IMG/VR virus record: IMGVR_UViG_3300042868_010462
Span: 83,875-147,874 of that record
DNA from: a virus
Length of the DNA: 64,000 bases
Strand: one strand, 5' to 3'
The notes below the pieces were generated by a model. The model made no database searches, was not told the origin of the DNA, and worked only from the letters and a program-made list of their open reading frames with translations. The position numbers and the translations under genes are program-made. Shown piece by piece: positions 8,926 through 18,036 of the stretch. Position 1 is the first letter of the stretch. Every line of letters starts with the position of its first letter.

Positions 8926-9390
8926 TTCTACAAAGTTACCATTTTTTTTTAATTTCCAAATATCTTTGTAAGTTTTTTTTAAAGTGGTCAAAATCCACCA
9001 CTTTAAGTTATTACTACACAATCCATAAAATGGTAAAAACCAATTAATGTAAAACTTGAACAATAAATTATTTTAAAAAAAATTTTGAATTTTACTTGGA
9101 TGTATGGTATTTGTTTTGTTTCTTTGTTAAACATTATTTCACTACTAAAAATTTAAAATTATGAACACACAATTGAGCACAACTTCAAAAATTATTGTTG
9201 GAATTATTTCTGTTGTATTATTATACAACGCTACTTACCTACTAGGAATTGTTGTAGGTTTTTTACAAGGTATTTTGGGTTAAAATTATTCTTTTAAAAG
9301 TAGAATTCGGATTTTATTTAAAAGTTCGAATTCTACTTTTATTATCTCTATTTCATTATACCAGGTAATAAAATCCCTCACTTTAGAATG

Positions 9391-9463
9391 TTCCCCCTGA
9401 TGGAATCGAACCACCATCCTCAGAATCAAAATCTGATGTAATCAACCATTATACCAAGAGGGA
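9391..9463 (-). tRNA. tRNA-Gln(TTG)
   Basis: TCAGA-TTTTGAT-TCTGA. Confidence 0.92.
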
Positions 9464-9479
9464 GTATTATTTTACCACG

Positions 9480-9491
9480 ATGTCAATGAAC
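9480..9491 (-). promoter_or_regulatory. boxA-like GTTCATTGACAT
   Basis: Exact copy of 3645-3656; lies between the terminator and the first tRNA. Confidence 0.55.
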
Positions 9492-9523
9492 AAAAAAAAC
9501 CCTGAACTTTATGGTTCAGGGTT
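9492..9523 (-). terminator. intrinsic terminator of putative attenuator 1
   Basis: AACCCTGAAC/GTTCAGGGTT stem plus T-run. Confidence 0.85.
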
Positions 9524-9547
9524 CTACTATCAAAAAATTATTAACAA

Positions 9548-9655
9548 TTATAATTCTATAGAATTTCCCCAACCATTACAAACACTCGGCTTTGACCAAC
9601 AATTGCTAAATTGTGGCTGAACCGATATGTTAATATGTTTGAAGAAATTTTTCAT
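9548..9655 (-). CDS. putative leader peptide MKNFFKHINISVQPQFSNCWSKPSVCNGWGNSIEL
   Basis: 35-aa ORF upstream of the terminator; its 3' end is complementary to the terminator arm. Confidence 0.72.
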   Translation of the reverse strand: MKNFFKHINISVQPQFSNCWSKPSVCNGWGNSIEL

Positions 9656-9703
9656 TTTTTTAGTTTGTTTATAAGTATTGCGAAATTAATAAAAAGTTTG
9701 GCT

Positions 9704-10014
9704 CAGAATGATTTTTTTCCAAAGTTGCAATTTTGTTTAGTTTGCTGAACTCATTCTTTATAACCTAAATTGACAGGATAGTGTTTGGTCAAATTTACAA
9801 GTTTTGATGTTTAAAGATTGCTGAATCTATCCCTCGTTCTATATAACGTAAATATAATTAAAAAGTTTCAAAAAGAAAAGAAAATTGGAAAAATTGGTTT
9901 CAGTATGGGTTTTTTGTTGAAGTTTATTTCCGTGCGATTGGAAAAATGAGTCAACAACTCAGCCTTGTGTTCGAATGATTCAATATTTGTATCTTAGTTT
10001 GCTGGAATCATACT
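9704..10014 (-). repeat. three stem-closed CAGCAA...CTG elements (candidate ncRNAs)
   Basis: Units at 9704-9757, 9774-9833 and 9901-10014 with different but complementary closing stems. Confidence 0.7.
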
Positions 10015-10039
10015 TTATAAACCAATTTTTCCTTTTCTC

Positions 10040-11437
10040 TTAGATTTCGATGATTGAGTATCTCTCTGAATTGATTGTCTCATTCATAATAGATACTGGT
10101 GTCATCTGTTTTCCACCCAATACTGACTTTACAATACTTGGTGAAAGACCTGAGATTAATGCAGTCCCCGATTCATCACATCTAACAGGAAAGTTTTTAT
10201 TCCTTGATTGAATATTCCAAAATATGATTTGTGGTAATGAATAGCCACTTTCATCATACATTCTTCTTATCATCTGAATCGCACTTTCAGAGTGACGTGA
10301 AGCTTGGTTAAATTCCATATCAGACATAATCAATATCTTAGAAGGCATATCTTCAGGTGATACACTATGTTTGATAGCTTGATTAAGAATAAGTTCGAAT
10401 ACTTTTTCTAAGTTAGTACTCATACCCCAATCCGCAACTAACATTTGGTCGTAGCGTTCTTTAAGTGTCCCCGAAACCTTTTCAAGTTGGGGCTTTTCAG
10501 AGAAAGTAATGAAAGAATCTTTGAAAACTCCTTCATTTCTTTCTGAGATATATAAACCTAAAGAAACTGCTACATCCAAACAACTAATACTACCAGAAAC
10601 TATTGAACTCATTGAACCTGACACATCAACTACAGGTAAAATTCTTTCAGTTGTACCTTCCATAAAGTTTGGTAAAGCTTTCCATTGCTCGTTTGCCAAT
10701 TCCCAACTACCTTGTTTCATTGTTTGAACAATGTTATAAGGATATATAGCACCAGCATTCACTTTGGTTTCACCTTTCTTTAGTTTTTCTAAATACTCAG
10801 TGAATCCAGTTGTGTCGTGTTTAGCAAAAGCCTTTGTGTATCTACCCATAGCCAAAGATGGAGTTTTTGAGTACTCAATCTCAGTCCATTGGTTTGCACA
10901 CATCTTTTGTTCGACAGTGTTGGAAACTCCTACCAATAATTTACGGAGGTTTTTAGGGGTGGTATTCAATGCTTTTCTAATTGCGTTGAAAATAACACCC
11001 TTTCTTGGTATCCACTTTGCACATAGTCCATTTTCTACAATAAGACCACTTACAAACATTCTGGTCGCCTCAGCTTCCAACTCGGTACCAAAAAGAACTG
11101 AAAGGTCATCCCATCTACCAAAGTATGGTATTGCTTGGATGTTCTTTTGAACAACATTTGGATGATTCTCCACAAGATACTTGATGATATCTCGGAAGAT
11201 TTGTCTTTCACCTGCTCCACCTCTTACATCTCTAACCCAAAATAGGATTTTCAATGCTGACAACGGATTCTCATTGAAAGCTTTTGAGAATGTTGAGATA
11301 AGTCTTTCCTTATCTTGTTTTCTCATAGCACCAATAGTAAAGAATAGGTTTACACATTCGTTCAAAGTTGAAGAATTAGTTACCATTCCATTTTCCGTGT
11401 AAGTGTCCTCTGATTGTAAGGCATCAATGAAGTTCAT
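10040..11437 (-). CDS. DUF2828-type TROVE/Ro60-like protein with C-terminal vWA domain
   Basis: TENG, RDVRGGAGER, GRWDDL, AKWIPR; vWA MIDAS VDVSGSM; SDMEF; IIFWN. Confidence 0.85.
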   Translation of the reverse strand: MNFIDALQSEDTYTENGMVTNSSTLNECVNLFFTIGAMRKQDKERLISTFSKAFNENPLSALKILFWVRDVRGGAGERQIFRDIIKYLVENHPNVVQKNIQAIPYFGRWDDLSVLFGTELEAEATRMFVSGLIVENGLCAKWIPRKGVIFNAIRKALNTTPKNLRKLLVGVSNTVEQKMCANQWTEIEYSKTPSLAMGRYTKAFAKHDTTGFTEYLEKLKKGETKVNAGAIYPYNIVQTMKQGSWELANEQWKALPNFMEGTTERILPVVDVSGSMSSIVSGSISCLDVAVSLGLYISERNEGVFKDSFITFSEKPQLEKVSGTLKERYDQMLVADWGMSTNLEKVFELILNQAIKHSVSPEDMPSKILIMSDMEFNQASRHSESAIQMIRRMYDESGYSLPQIIFWNIQSRNKNFPVRCDESGTALISGLSPSIVKSVLGGKQMTPVSIMNETINSERYSIIEI

Positions 11438-11676
11438 ATCGTTTCGTTTAATTGTGTTTTAAAACTTAAGTAATCGTTTTTGATTTGTCAAGGACTTTTA
11501 AATCTTTTTTACTTCGTATTTGTAACCTGAGTCGGAATTAGTTTCGAAAAGATTCTTCATATTTTCAGCCTCCTCAATAGTTTCAAATTCTAATACTTCA
11601 CATTGTGTATCAACTAATACAACAGGTAAAGTCGTATTGTGGTCTGTTTTGATGTGTTTTACAATAATATACATAA

Positions 11677-11949
11677 TTAAAATCGTTTTGCAATATTCTC
11701 AATTATATCAATTTCCTCATCTGTTAGAGTTAACCGATTACTTCTAATTTTTTCTATGGTTTCGTACCATAAGGTGTCATTAAGTGATAAATTTTGTGTT
11801 TGGGTATAAGTAGTAAGTGTTTTTGGTAAACTACCATCTTCAACCAAATAACGAATTAGTTTTTCGATTTCTCTACCTGAACATGAGTCAACAAATTCTT
11901 CAACATCAATATCTACTTCAGCTTCTACATCTTGATAAAAGGTTGGCAT
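11677..11949 (-). CDS. hypothetical protein
   Basis: ORF track. Confidence 0.65.
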   Translation of the reverse strand: MPTFYQDVEAEVDIDVEEFVDSCSGREIEKLIRYLVEDGSLPKTLTTYTQTQNLSLNDTLWYETIEKIRSNRLTLTDEEIDIIENIAKRF

Positions 11950-11953
11950 AATT

Positions 11954-12331
11954 TTAATTTTTTAAATCTTGTATTTGAATTAATTTTTCTGTCACTTGTT
12001 CAGGTGTGAGGTAACCTATGACATCATCAGTTATTGGTGTAGTATAGGTTAATTCACCATTTTTGTCAAGTACAGCCATTTCATATAAACCCATCTTTCC
12101 ACCATAGGACATTGGATGGGAAACCACTGAAGCACCATAACCATTTTCGAACATAGTTACACTTCTTACACCACTCATAGGATGGGGTGTGAATTGGATA
12201 TCTTCAAATTTTTTGTACTTCAAGTCAAGTTCATCAATTAATCGTTGATAGGATAAACCTGTTACTTTGGATGTTTCTACTATACCATTTTCAGTATAGA
12301 ATTGTTTCATTTTTTCTTTTGGATTACTCAT
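11954..12331 (-). CDS. hypothetical phage protein
   Basis: FENGYGASVV...GLYEMAVL motif. Confidence 0.7.
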   Translation of the reverse strand: MSNPKEKMKQFYTENGIVETSKVTGLSYQRLIDELDLKYKKFEDIQFTPHPMSGVRSVTMFENGYGASVVSHPMSYGGKMGLYEMAVLDKNGELTYTTPITDDVIGYLTPEQVTEKLIQIQDLKN

Positions 12332-12965
12332 ATATGTTCAAAGTGTTTTTACATTTTTTACAAAAAAGACCAGTATCATAATCATCATTATTTATAGCCA
12401 TTACACAAGATAAATCGTCACAATGTTTCAAACCAAGAATGTGACCTAACTCGTGTACCATAGTTTCTTTTATAAACCCATTACCCACTCTTACCGATAT
12501 ATTAAAACCTGTGGAATATCCTCTAACATAATCTCTTATATTACTATCAAACAATCTTTTATCTGTCAAGAAAACAACTGAGGTATATTCTGAATATGTT
12601 TGTAATAACTTTTGATTATCCATAATTTCAGTCAAATTACCAAAATCATCTGTAATCATAAATTCACTGATTGATTCTATTTGTGAGTGATATTCAAAAT
12701 CAACTTTAATACCTTGGGAACTAAAAATATTGATAACCTCATTTATTGTATCTTGTAACTCATCAATATTTACATCACCCAAACAAATTATCTTGAATGA
12801 CCGATTTATTTTAATATTATCGAATACCCTTACATTATGTGATGAAGAATCAAATTGTGTAGGATTTGGTTGTTCGGTAACATCCTTAGCTAAATTATCA
12901 AAGTTAACATCCTTCAAAATGTAGATGAAAAATACAACAACAGCAAGATTCAATAATGTTTTCAT
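12324..12965 (-). CDS. archaemetzincin-like (M54) Zn metalloprotease
   Basis: HELGHILGLKHC..CVM...FCKKC. Confidence 0.8.
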   Translation of the reverse strand: MKTLLNLAVVVFFIYILKDVNFDNLAKDVTEQPNPTQFDSSSHNVRVFDNIKINRSFKIICLGDVNIDELQDTINEVINIFSSQGIKVDFEYHSQIESISEFMITDDFGNLTEIMDNQKLLQTYSEYTSVVFLTDKRLFDSNIRDYVRGYSTGFNISVRVGNGFIKETMVHELGHILGLKHCDDLSCVMAINNDDYDTGLFCKKCKNTLNIYE

Positions 12966-13067
12966 ATGATTTATTTCTTTTGATTATACAAATGTAGTAA
13001 AAGTTTTTGATAACTAGTTATTCTTTCAAAAAAAAATATTTATAATTGAAAGAAAAAAAATATTCAT

Positions 13068-13559
13068 ATGGAAAAGGTACTAGTATTGAATGCGGATTTT
13101 ACACCTATTAATGTAACTAGTGTTTATAAAGGATTTACTTTAGTAAGTAAAGGAAAAGCTGAAGTGTTAAAAGCGAGTGACAAACCCTTATTATCAGGTA
13201 TGGGTGAATTTATACGTCCATTAATTATCAGATTATTAAACTTTGTCAAGTTCAGAGTTCATAAATTGAAAATCAATAGACATAGATTATATAAACGTGA
13301 TGGTCACGAATGTACTTATTGTGGAAGTAAAAGAAACCTTACAATAGACCATATTATACCAAAATCTAAAGGTGGACAAAATACTTGGATGAACTTAGTA
13401 ACTTGTTGTTCATCTTGTAATAGATTGAAGGGTGATAGAACACCAGACGAGGCAAATATGAAAATGAATATTAAACCTTATGAACCAACTATATTTTCAG
13501 ATATAATCAATTCATCAGTTGGGGATATTTGGGAAGAATTCAAAACAACATTCTATTAA
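13068..13559 (+). CDS. HNH endonuclease
   Basis: RD..CTYCG...TIDHIIPKSKGG...NLVTCC..CN..K. Confidence 0.9.
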   Translation: MEKVLVLNADFTPINVTSVYKGFTLVSKGKAEVLKASDKPLLSGMGEFIRPLIIRLLNFVKFRVHKLKINRHRLYKRDGHECTYCGSKRNLTIDHIIPKSKGGQNTWMNLVTCCSSCNRLKGDRTPDEANMKMNIKPYEPTIFSDIINSSVGDIWEEFKTTFY

Positions 13560-13662
13560 ACACAAAAGGACGTGTAAACGTCCTTTTGGTAGATGTTGGA
13601 TACCTCCCTTTCTTTAGTCGAGTTTATCCCATGTGAGTCCTACCTCACAGGTTTCTTTAAAA

Positions 13663-15378
13663 TTATTTTTTTCCAAAAATACTTGATAAAACATTTCCAC
13701 CTTTACCTTCTAGGTATGGACAAACAATTTTATCACCAATAAAGTTCTTAATTGATTGGAATATTTCACTTTCTTCACCTAATTCGAATAGAGTGTTTTC
13801 GATAAAACTTCCAACCATAGTTTTTCCACCAATACTTTTTGTCGCTTCAGCCGCAATAGTTTCCATTACACTTTTTGTGATTAAACCTGAAACAAATCTA
13901 CAATCACTTAATTTAGGGAAGTCAGCTGGTGTTAGGTTTGTAATTGTTTTTAAAATTAAAGTACCCAAAGTTCCTTTAGGGTCGATACCCATTGTTTTTA
14001 GGATACCACCTGCTATAGTTTCAATAACGGTTGACATTAAACCTCCACCTGCAGCACCCTTTAGACCTGATAAAAAGTCACCACCTTTTCCACTTGTAAA
14101 AAAATTAGTGAGGTTTGATAATAAACCCATCTGTTCACTGATTATCATTTCATCAAACCCCTCGTTTCTCAATCTTACCATTTCACCCAATAAACAATCA
14201 GCTAATAGTTCAATATCCTTTCTATTCTTTACCTCAATACTTTCGAAAATGAATTCAATTCTTTTTCTTACTTCTCTTCCTTCAGTAATAAACTTCTTTG
14301 TTTTTTGAATTTTCAATCTTGTTAAACTTTCTGATACTAGTGTAGAAAGTTCATCATTCTTTGATTCTTTAAGGCTATAATTTAATATATTACCTTGTCC
14401 ACCTCTAATTTTTATTCGTTGCATATATTGTATTTTATCTTTAAGACCAGGAAAATTTATTGCAGTTGAACAATTTCTTACAATTGGTTTTATTTTGTCA
14501 ATAGTGTTTTGGTTAATTGGAATTTCTTTTTGAATCAATTCGTAATAGGACAAAATTAGGTTTCTACAATCTTTTTTGTTAGCCCCTTTACCTAGTTTTT
14601 CTACCAATGATAAGGTTTTACTATAAATCTGTTTAGGGGAAAAATCAGACATAGGCTTACAAAGTTTAGTACCTTTTTCAAAGTAATCAGGATACTTAAT
14701 GTCGATGTCGATAATGTCGTCAGGTCCCTTTTCAGGTTCAGGTACTGAACAAATCTCGTACCCCGAAAACTCAGGAAGTGCTAAAATTCTTATTTGTTCA
14801 TCTTCCATTTTTTTAATTCCAACCCCCTTCTTTTTAGTTTTCCACATATAGAATGGTCTATTAGAACTAACTAAATCATCCATATATTGTTGTAATCCTT
14901 TTACAACATTATAATACATACCACCAGGTTTTAAGTCTGGGTCTTTCGCAACATCAGTTATATCATAATTTAATATGCCATTACCTTGTACACTTGCAAA
15001 TTGTTTCCAACCTAAACTATTTTCTAAAGCTGATAACAATTCTTGTTGAACTTTTGATGTCTCAGGATTTGTTCGTTCTAACAAAGCATAACAACTCCAT
15101 TTTGAAGTTCTAGCTACTTTACCTGTTTTATCATTTGTTGTACGATATTCTAAAGTGTAATCTGGTTTGTAATAAACAAACTTGTTGTTCGCGTTTTCAG
15201 GTTTTTTACTCAAAGCCGAAATAACTAATTCATTTGTTTCTGGATGTTGAGTAATTACATATCCTTCAGGGAAACAATTCGCCGCGGCAGCTGCTCTCAA
15301 AACTGGGTTTTCTATAGCTTTGAACTTTTCTAAAGGTTCATCTTGTTTATATTGTTCGAAAATTTTATACTTATTCAT
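13663..15378 (-). CDS. large hypothetical protein, Gly-rich hydrophobic C-terminal region
   Basis: 571-aa ORF; TATTTATA upstream. Confidence 0.8.
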   Translation of the reverse strand: MNKYKIFEQYKQDEPLEKFKAIENPVLRAAAAANCFPEGYVITQHPETNELVISALSKKPENANNKFVYYKPDYTLEYRTTNDKTGKVARTSKWSCYALLERTNPETSKVQQELLSALENSLGWKQFASVQGNGILNYDITDVAKDPDLKPGGMYYNVVKGLQQYMDDLVSSNRPFYMWKTKKKGVGIKKMEDEQIRILALPEFSGYEICSVPEPEKGPDDIIDIDIKYPDYFEKGTKLCKPMSDFSPKQIYSKTLSLVEKLGKGANKKDCRNLILSYYELIQKEIPINQNTIDKIKPIVRNCSTAINFPGLKDKIQYMQRIKIRGGQGNILNYSLKESKNDELSTLVSESLTRLKIQKTKKFITEGREVRKRIEFIFESIEVKNRKDIELLADCLLGEMVRLRNEGFDEMIISEQMGLLSNLTNFFTSGKGGDFLSGLKGAAGGGLMSTVIETIAGGILKTMGIDPKGTLGTLILKTITNLTPADFPKLSDCRFVSGLITKSVMETIAAEATKSIGGKTMVGSFIENTLFELGEESEIFQSIKNFIGDKIVCPYLEGKGGNVLSSIFGKK

Positions 15379-15399
15379 ATCCTAATTTAACTATAAATA

Positions 15400-16938
15400 T
15401 TATATGTCTTTTGCAAATCCTGCTGTAGGTAATGCAGAACCTTCAGGTGCAGCACCACAATCTTTCATAATTTTATCATATACTGATGTTGTAAGGATTT
15501 CACCATAACCCTTTTCCACCATTTTTTCTTTTAATGTTGGTGTAAACTTACCATCAATTGTGACTTCCAAACAACTTTGGACTCTCTTTATTTTATCATT
15601 AATACAACCAACTTCAAATGGGAAATCATCACATTTATTATACATAATTTGTTTTTTCAGTCCATCAGGTCCTAACAGAGCACCAAATAAACCTAATGAT
15701 TTTTTTTCAGATTCACCAGATTTAACTTTTCCATCTGGTGTACAAGAATATGATGAAACCTCCTCAGTTTTGGGGTCAATTTTTTTACCATTATCAAACC
15801 ACACAAAACCACCACCTTCATAAACTATAGTACCATCACTTGTTTTCTTTTGTTTTACATTCTTAGACAACGCAACACAAGGATATTTTTTCCAACTTTC
15901 AGGCACGTCTTTAAGTAATTCAGTAGCTGACTTAGATTTTTCAGATTTCTTAGTTTCTTTATTAGCGGCCTTTTGTCCCGCTGAAATATCTGAACTTATT
16001 TTAGTAAGACCATTATACGCATATTTTGCCATATCACCTAACCATTTTATACCTAACTTACTTGAAAAGTAAGCTACACTTTCACCAATATAAGTTGCTA
16101 ATTTTCCAATACCTTTAGAAATTGTTTGGATTACTTTTCCAAATGTGCCCTTCCCGGCCAACGTTCCTAATCCATAAAAGTTAGTCAAACCTTTTGTATA
16201 TGCTCCTAAACCTTTAGCTAAAGCTGGTGCCAATAATGATACAATATCAACTATGATATCTGAAATACTCCATTTTTTTCCAGACATCATTTTATAGATA
16301 TCATAAATTAATAACGCTCCAAAAATTATTACGTTAGGGATTGTTCCTATTACAGGGATGAATGATACACCAGTCAAAACAGCTACCCCCAAAAATGAGG
16401 TTGCGATTGTTCTTAAACCTTCCATAAAACAATCAATATATCCACTACCTTTAGCACAAGTAAATGCTTTTGAAATCGTAGATTTTATATTATCCCAACC
16501 CCATTGTAACCAAGTTCTTTCTAATATTAGTGAGTCAATCAACCTTTCAGCATATAAAGTATTTAAACCTTTCCAACTATTTTCAAAAACTTTTCTTAAA
16601 TCAGTTCTATCTGAACTTTCATTGATAAACAAAAGATTTTTTCCATATTTATTTTCCCACTCATTAATCACAGAAATTTGATTTTTGATACTCCCAATAT
16701 TCATTGATTCATATAGGAACTTTCTTGCGGAATAAATATAATCATTCTCATTTATCAATCCCATATCAAATTTAACTTGGAGATTTTCCTTTAAAATATC
16801 GAGACCTAATTTTAGATTCTGAGAGTTATATTCGAGGATATTTTCATTTTCATCTAATGAAATTTTTACAATACCTTTATCAGTGAAAAAATATTGTAAA
16901 TCATATGTTATACTTTGTATTTTTAATTCCGTATTCAT
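15400..16938 (-). CDS. hypothetical protein with hydrophobic hairpin and PG-binding-like C-terminus
   Basis: 512 aa; IKRVQSCLEVTIDGKF resembles PG_binding_1. Confidence 0.75.
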   Translation of the reverse strand: MNTELKIQSITYDLQYFFTDKGIVKISLDENENILEYNSQNLKLGLDILKENLQVKFDMGLINENDYIYSARKFLYESMNIGSIKNQISVINEWENKYGKNLLFINESSDRTDLRKVFENSWKGLNTLYAERLIDSLILERTWLQWGWDNIKSTISKAFTCAKGSGYIDCFMEGLRTIATSFLGVAVLTGVSFIPVIGTIPNVIIFGALLIYDIYKMMSGKKWSISDIIVDIVSLLAPALAKGLGAYTKGLTNFYGLGTLAGKGTFGKVIQTISKGIGKLATYIGESVAYFSSKLGIKWLGDMAKYAYNGLTKISSDISAGQKAANKETKKSEKSKSATELLKDVPESWKKYPCVALSKNVKQKKTSDGTIVYEGGGFVWFDNGKKIDPKTEEVSSYSCTPDGKVKSGESEKKSLGLFGALLGPDGLKKQIMYNKCDDFPFEVGCINDKIKRVQSCLEVTIDGKFTPTLKEKMVEKGYGEILTTSVYDKIMKDCGAAPEGSALPTAGFAKDI

Positions 16939-16941
16939 TGT

Positions 16942-17187
16942 CTAAAGTAGTGTATTTGCTTTACCTCTCGTTATTTTATAGACATCTCTCCATTTAGTTA
17001 AACCAATGGGATTTGCTAAACCCCTTGTTGCGCCTGATTCCCACTTAGTAACGGTTGGGTATTTTGTACCTCCACCAGTACCACCTCCACCTGCTGGTGC
17101 GTCTTGTTCATCAATTTCACCATCATTTTTTTTGGTTGTGTATCTTTTCATCAAAGAAATAAGAGTATCTATTTCGTATTGTCCCAT
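16942..17187 (-). CDS. hypothetical protein
   Basis: WESGATRG.ANP repeat-like C-terminus. Confidence 0.65.
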   Translation of the reverse strand: MGQYEIDTLISLMKRYTTKKNDGEIDEQDAPAGGGGTGGGTKYPTVTKWESGATRGLANPIGLTKWRDVYKITRGKANTLL

Positions 17188-17495
17188 TAAAAAATTTCAG
17201 GTTTAGGTAATTTATCTATAAATAGAACGAAATATTCATTTAGGAATGAAAGGATTTCATTTTCATCAACAAATAAGTCATCATCCTCAAAATCTTCATA
17301 ATATTCATCATTATCTTCTTCAAATAATTCATCAGGTATATCATTATGAAATTTATAACCAAAATCAGAAATGTCGATAAATGGTATTTTTGTCTCTCTA
17401 CACATTTCTTCAGAATCAGTGTTAGTTCTAAAAGTAACTTCTAATACTTCTTCCAAATTATTCAGATGAAATGTTATTACTTCTACAATTTCCAT
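17187..17495 (-). CDS. acidic hypothetical protein
   Basis: ORF track. Confidence 0.7.
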   Translation of the reverse strand: MEIVEVITFHLNNLEEVLEVTFRTNTDSEEMCRETKIPFIDISDFGYKFHNDIPDELFEEDNDEYYEDFEDDDLFVDENEILSFLNEYFVLFIDKLPKPEIF

Positions 17496-17496
17496 T

Positions 17497-18033
17497 TTAG
17501 TAATTTTTAAATTTTTTAAACATTTCTAATGTTTTGTTGACTTGCTCTTGTAATGGTTCAACCATCTCCTCATCTAAATTTTCGTCAAAACCCAATACTG
17601 AAATTTTACTGAATGATGGTTCATCATCTTCATCATCAAAATGTAATTCATATGTAACCTCGTCATCTTCATCATCAAATGTTCCGTGTTCCATATCAGA
17701 ACTACTATCACCAATCATATCTCTACCATCAAAACCAACATATTCTGACTCAAATTCATCATCAGGGCCACCAAAATCAAATGAAATATCAGGTAAGTAT
17801 TTTGCACCTGTCATTGCATCAGATTCGTTGATATTCATATTTGTATATGTTTTGACAACACCCTTGTTACTTACAGTAAGACCTTGTTTGTCATTTGCAA
17901 AATCTTGGACATATAATGGTTGTTGATTTATTTGTTGTCCATATGTGGTCACGAAACCATCATAAACCTTTCTGTGTTGGTCTAAAATATCATTTCGTTC
18001 TGCTTGGTTCATTTTGAAAAAATAAGCGTTCAT
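17497..18033 (-). CDS. acidic hypothetical protein
   Basis: ORF track. Confidence 0.7.
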   Translation of the reverse strand: MNAYFFKMNQAERNDILDQHRKVYDGFVTTYGQQINQQPLYVQDFANDKQGLTVSNKGVVKTYTNMNINESDAMTGAKYLPDISFDFGGPDDEFESEYVGFDGRDMIGDSSSDMEHGTFDDEDDEVTYELHFDDEDDEPSFSKISVLGFDENLDEEMVEPLQEQVNKTLEMFKKFKNY

Positions 18034-18036
18034 ATT

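Noticed and set aside
9704-10014. CRISPR array interpretation
   Set aside because: No identical direct repeats with regular spacers; no cas genes in the window
10509-11402. Plus-strand ORFs inside the DUF2828 gene (and similar ones inside dnaK and the kinase)
   Set aside because: Antisense shadows of real genes
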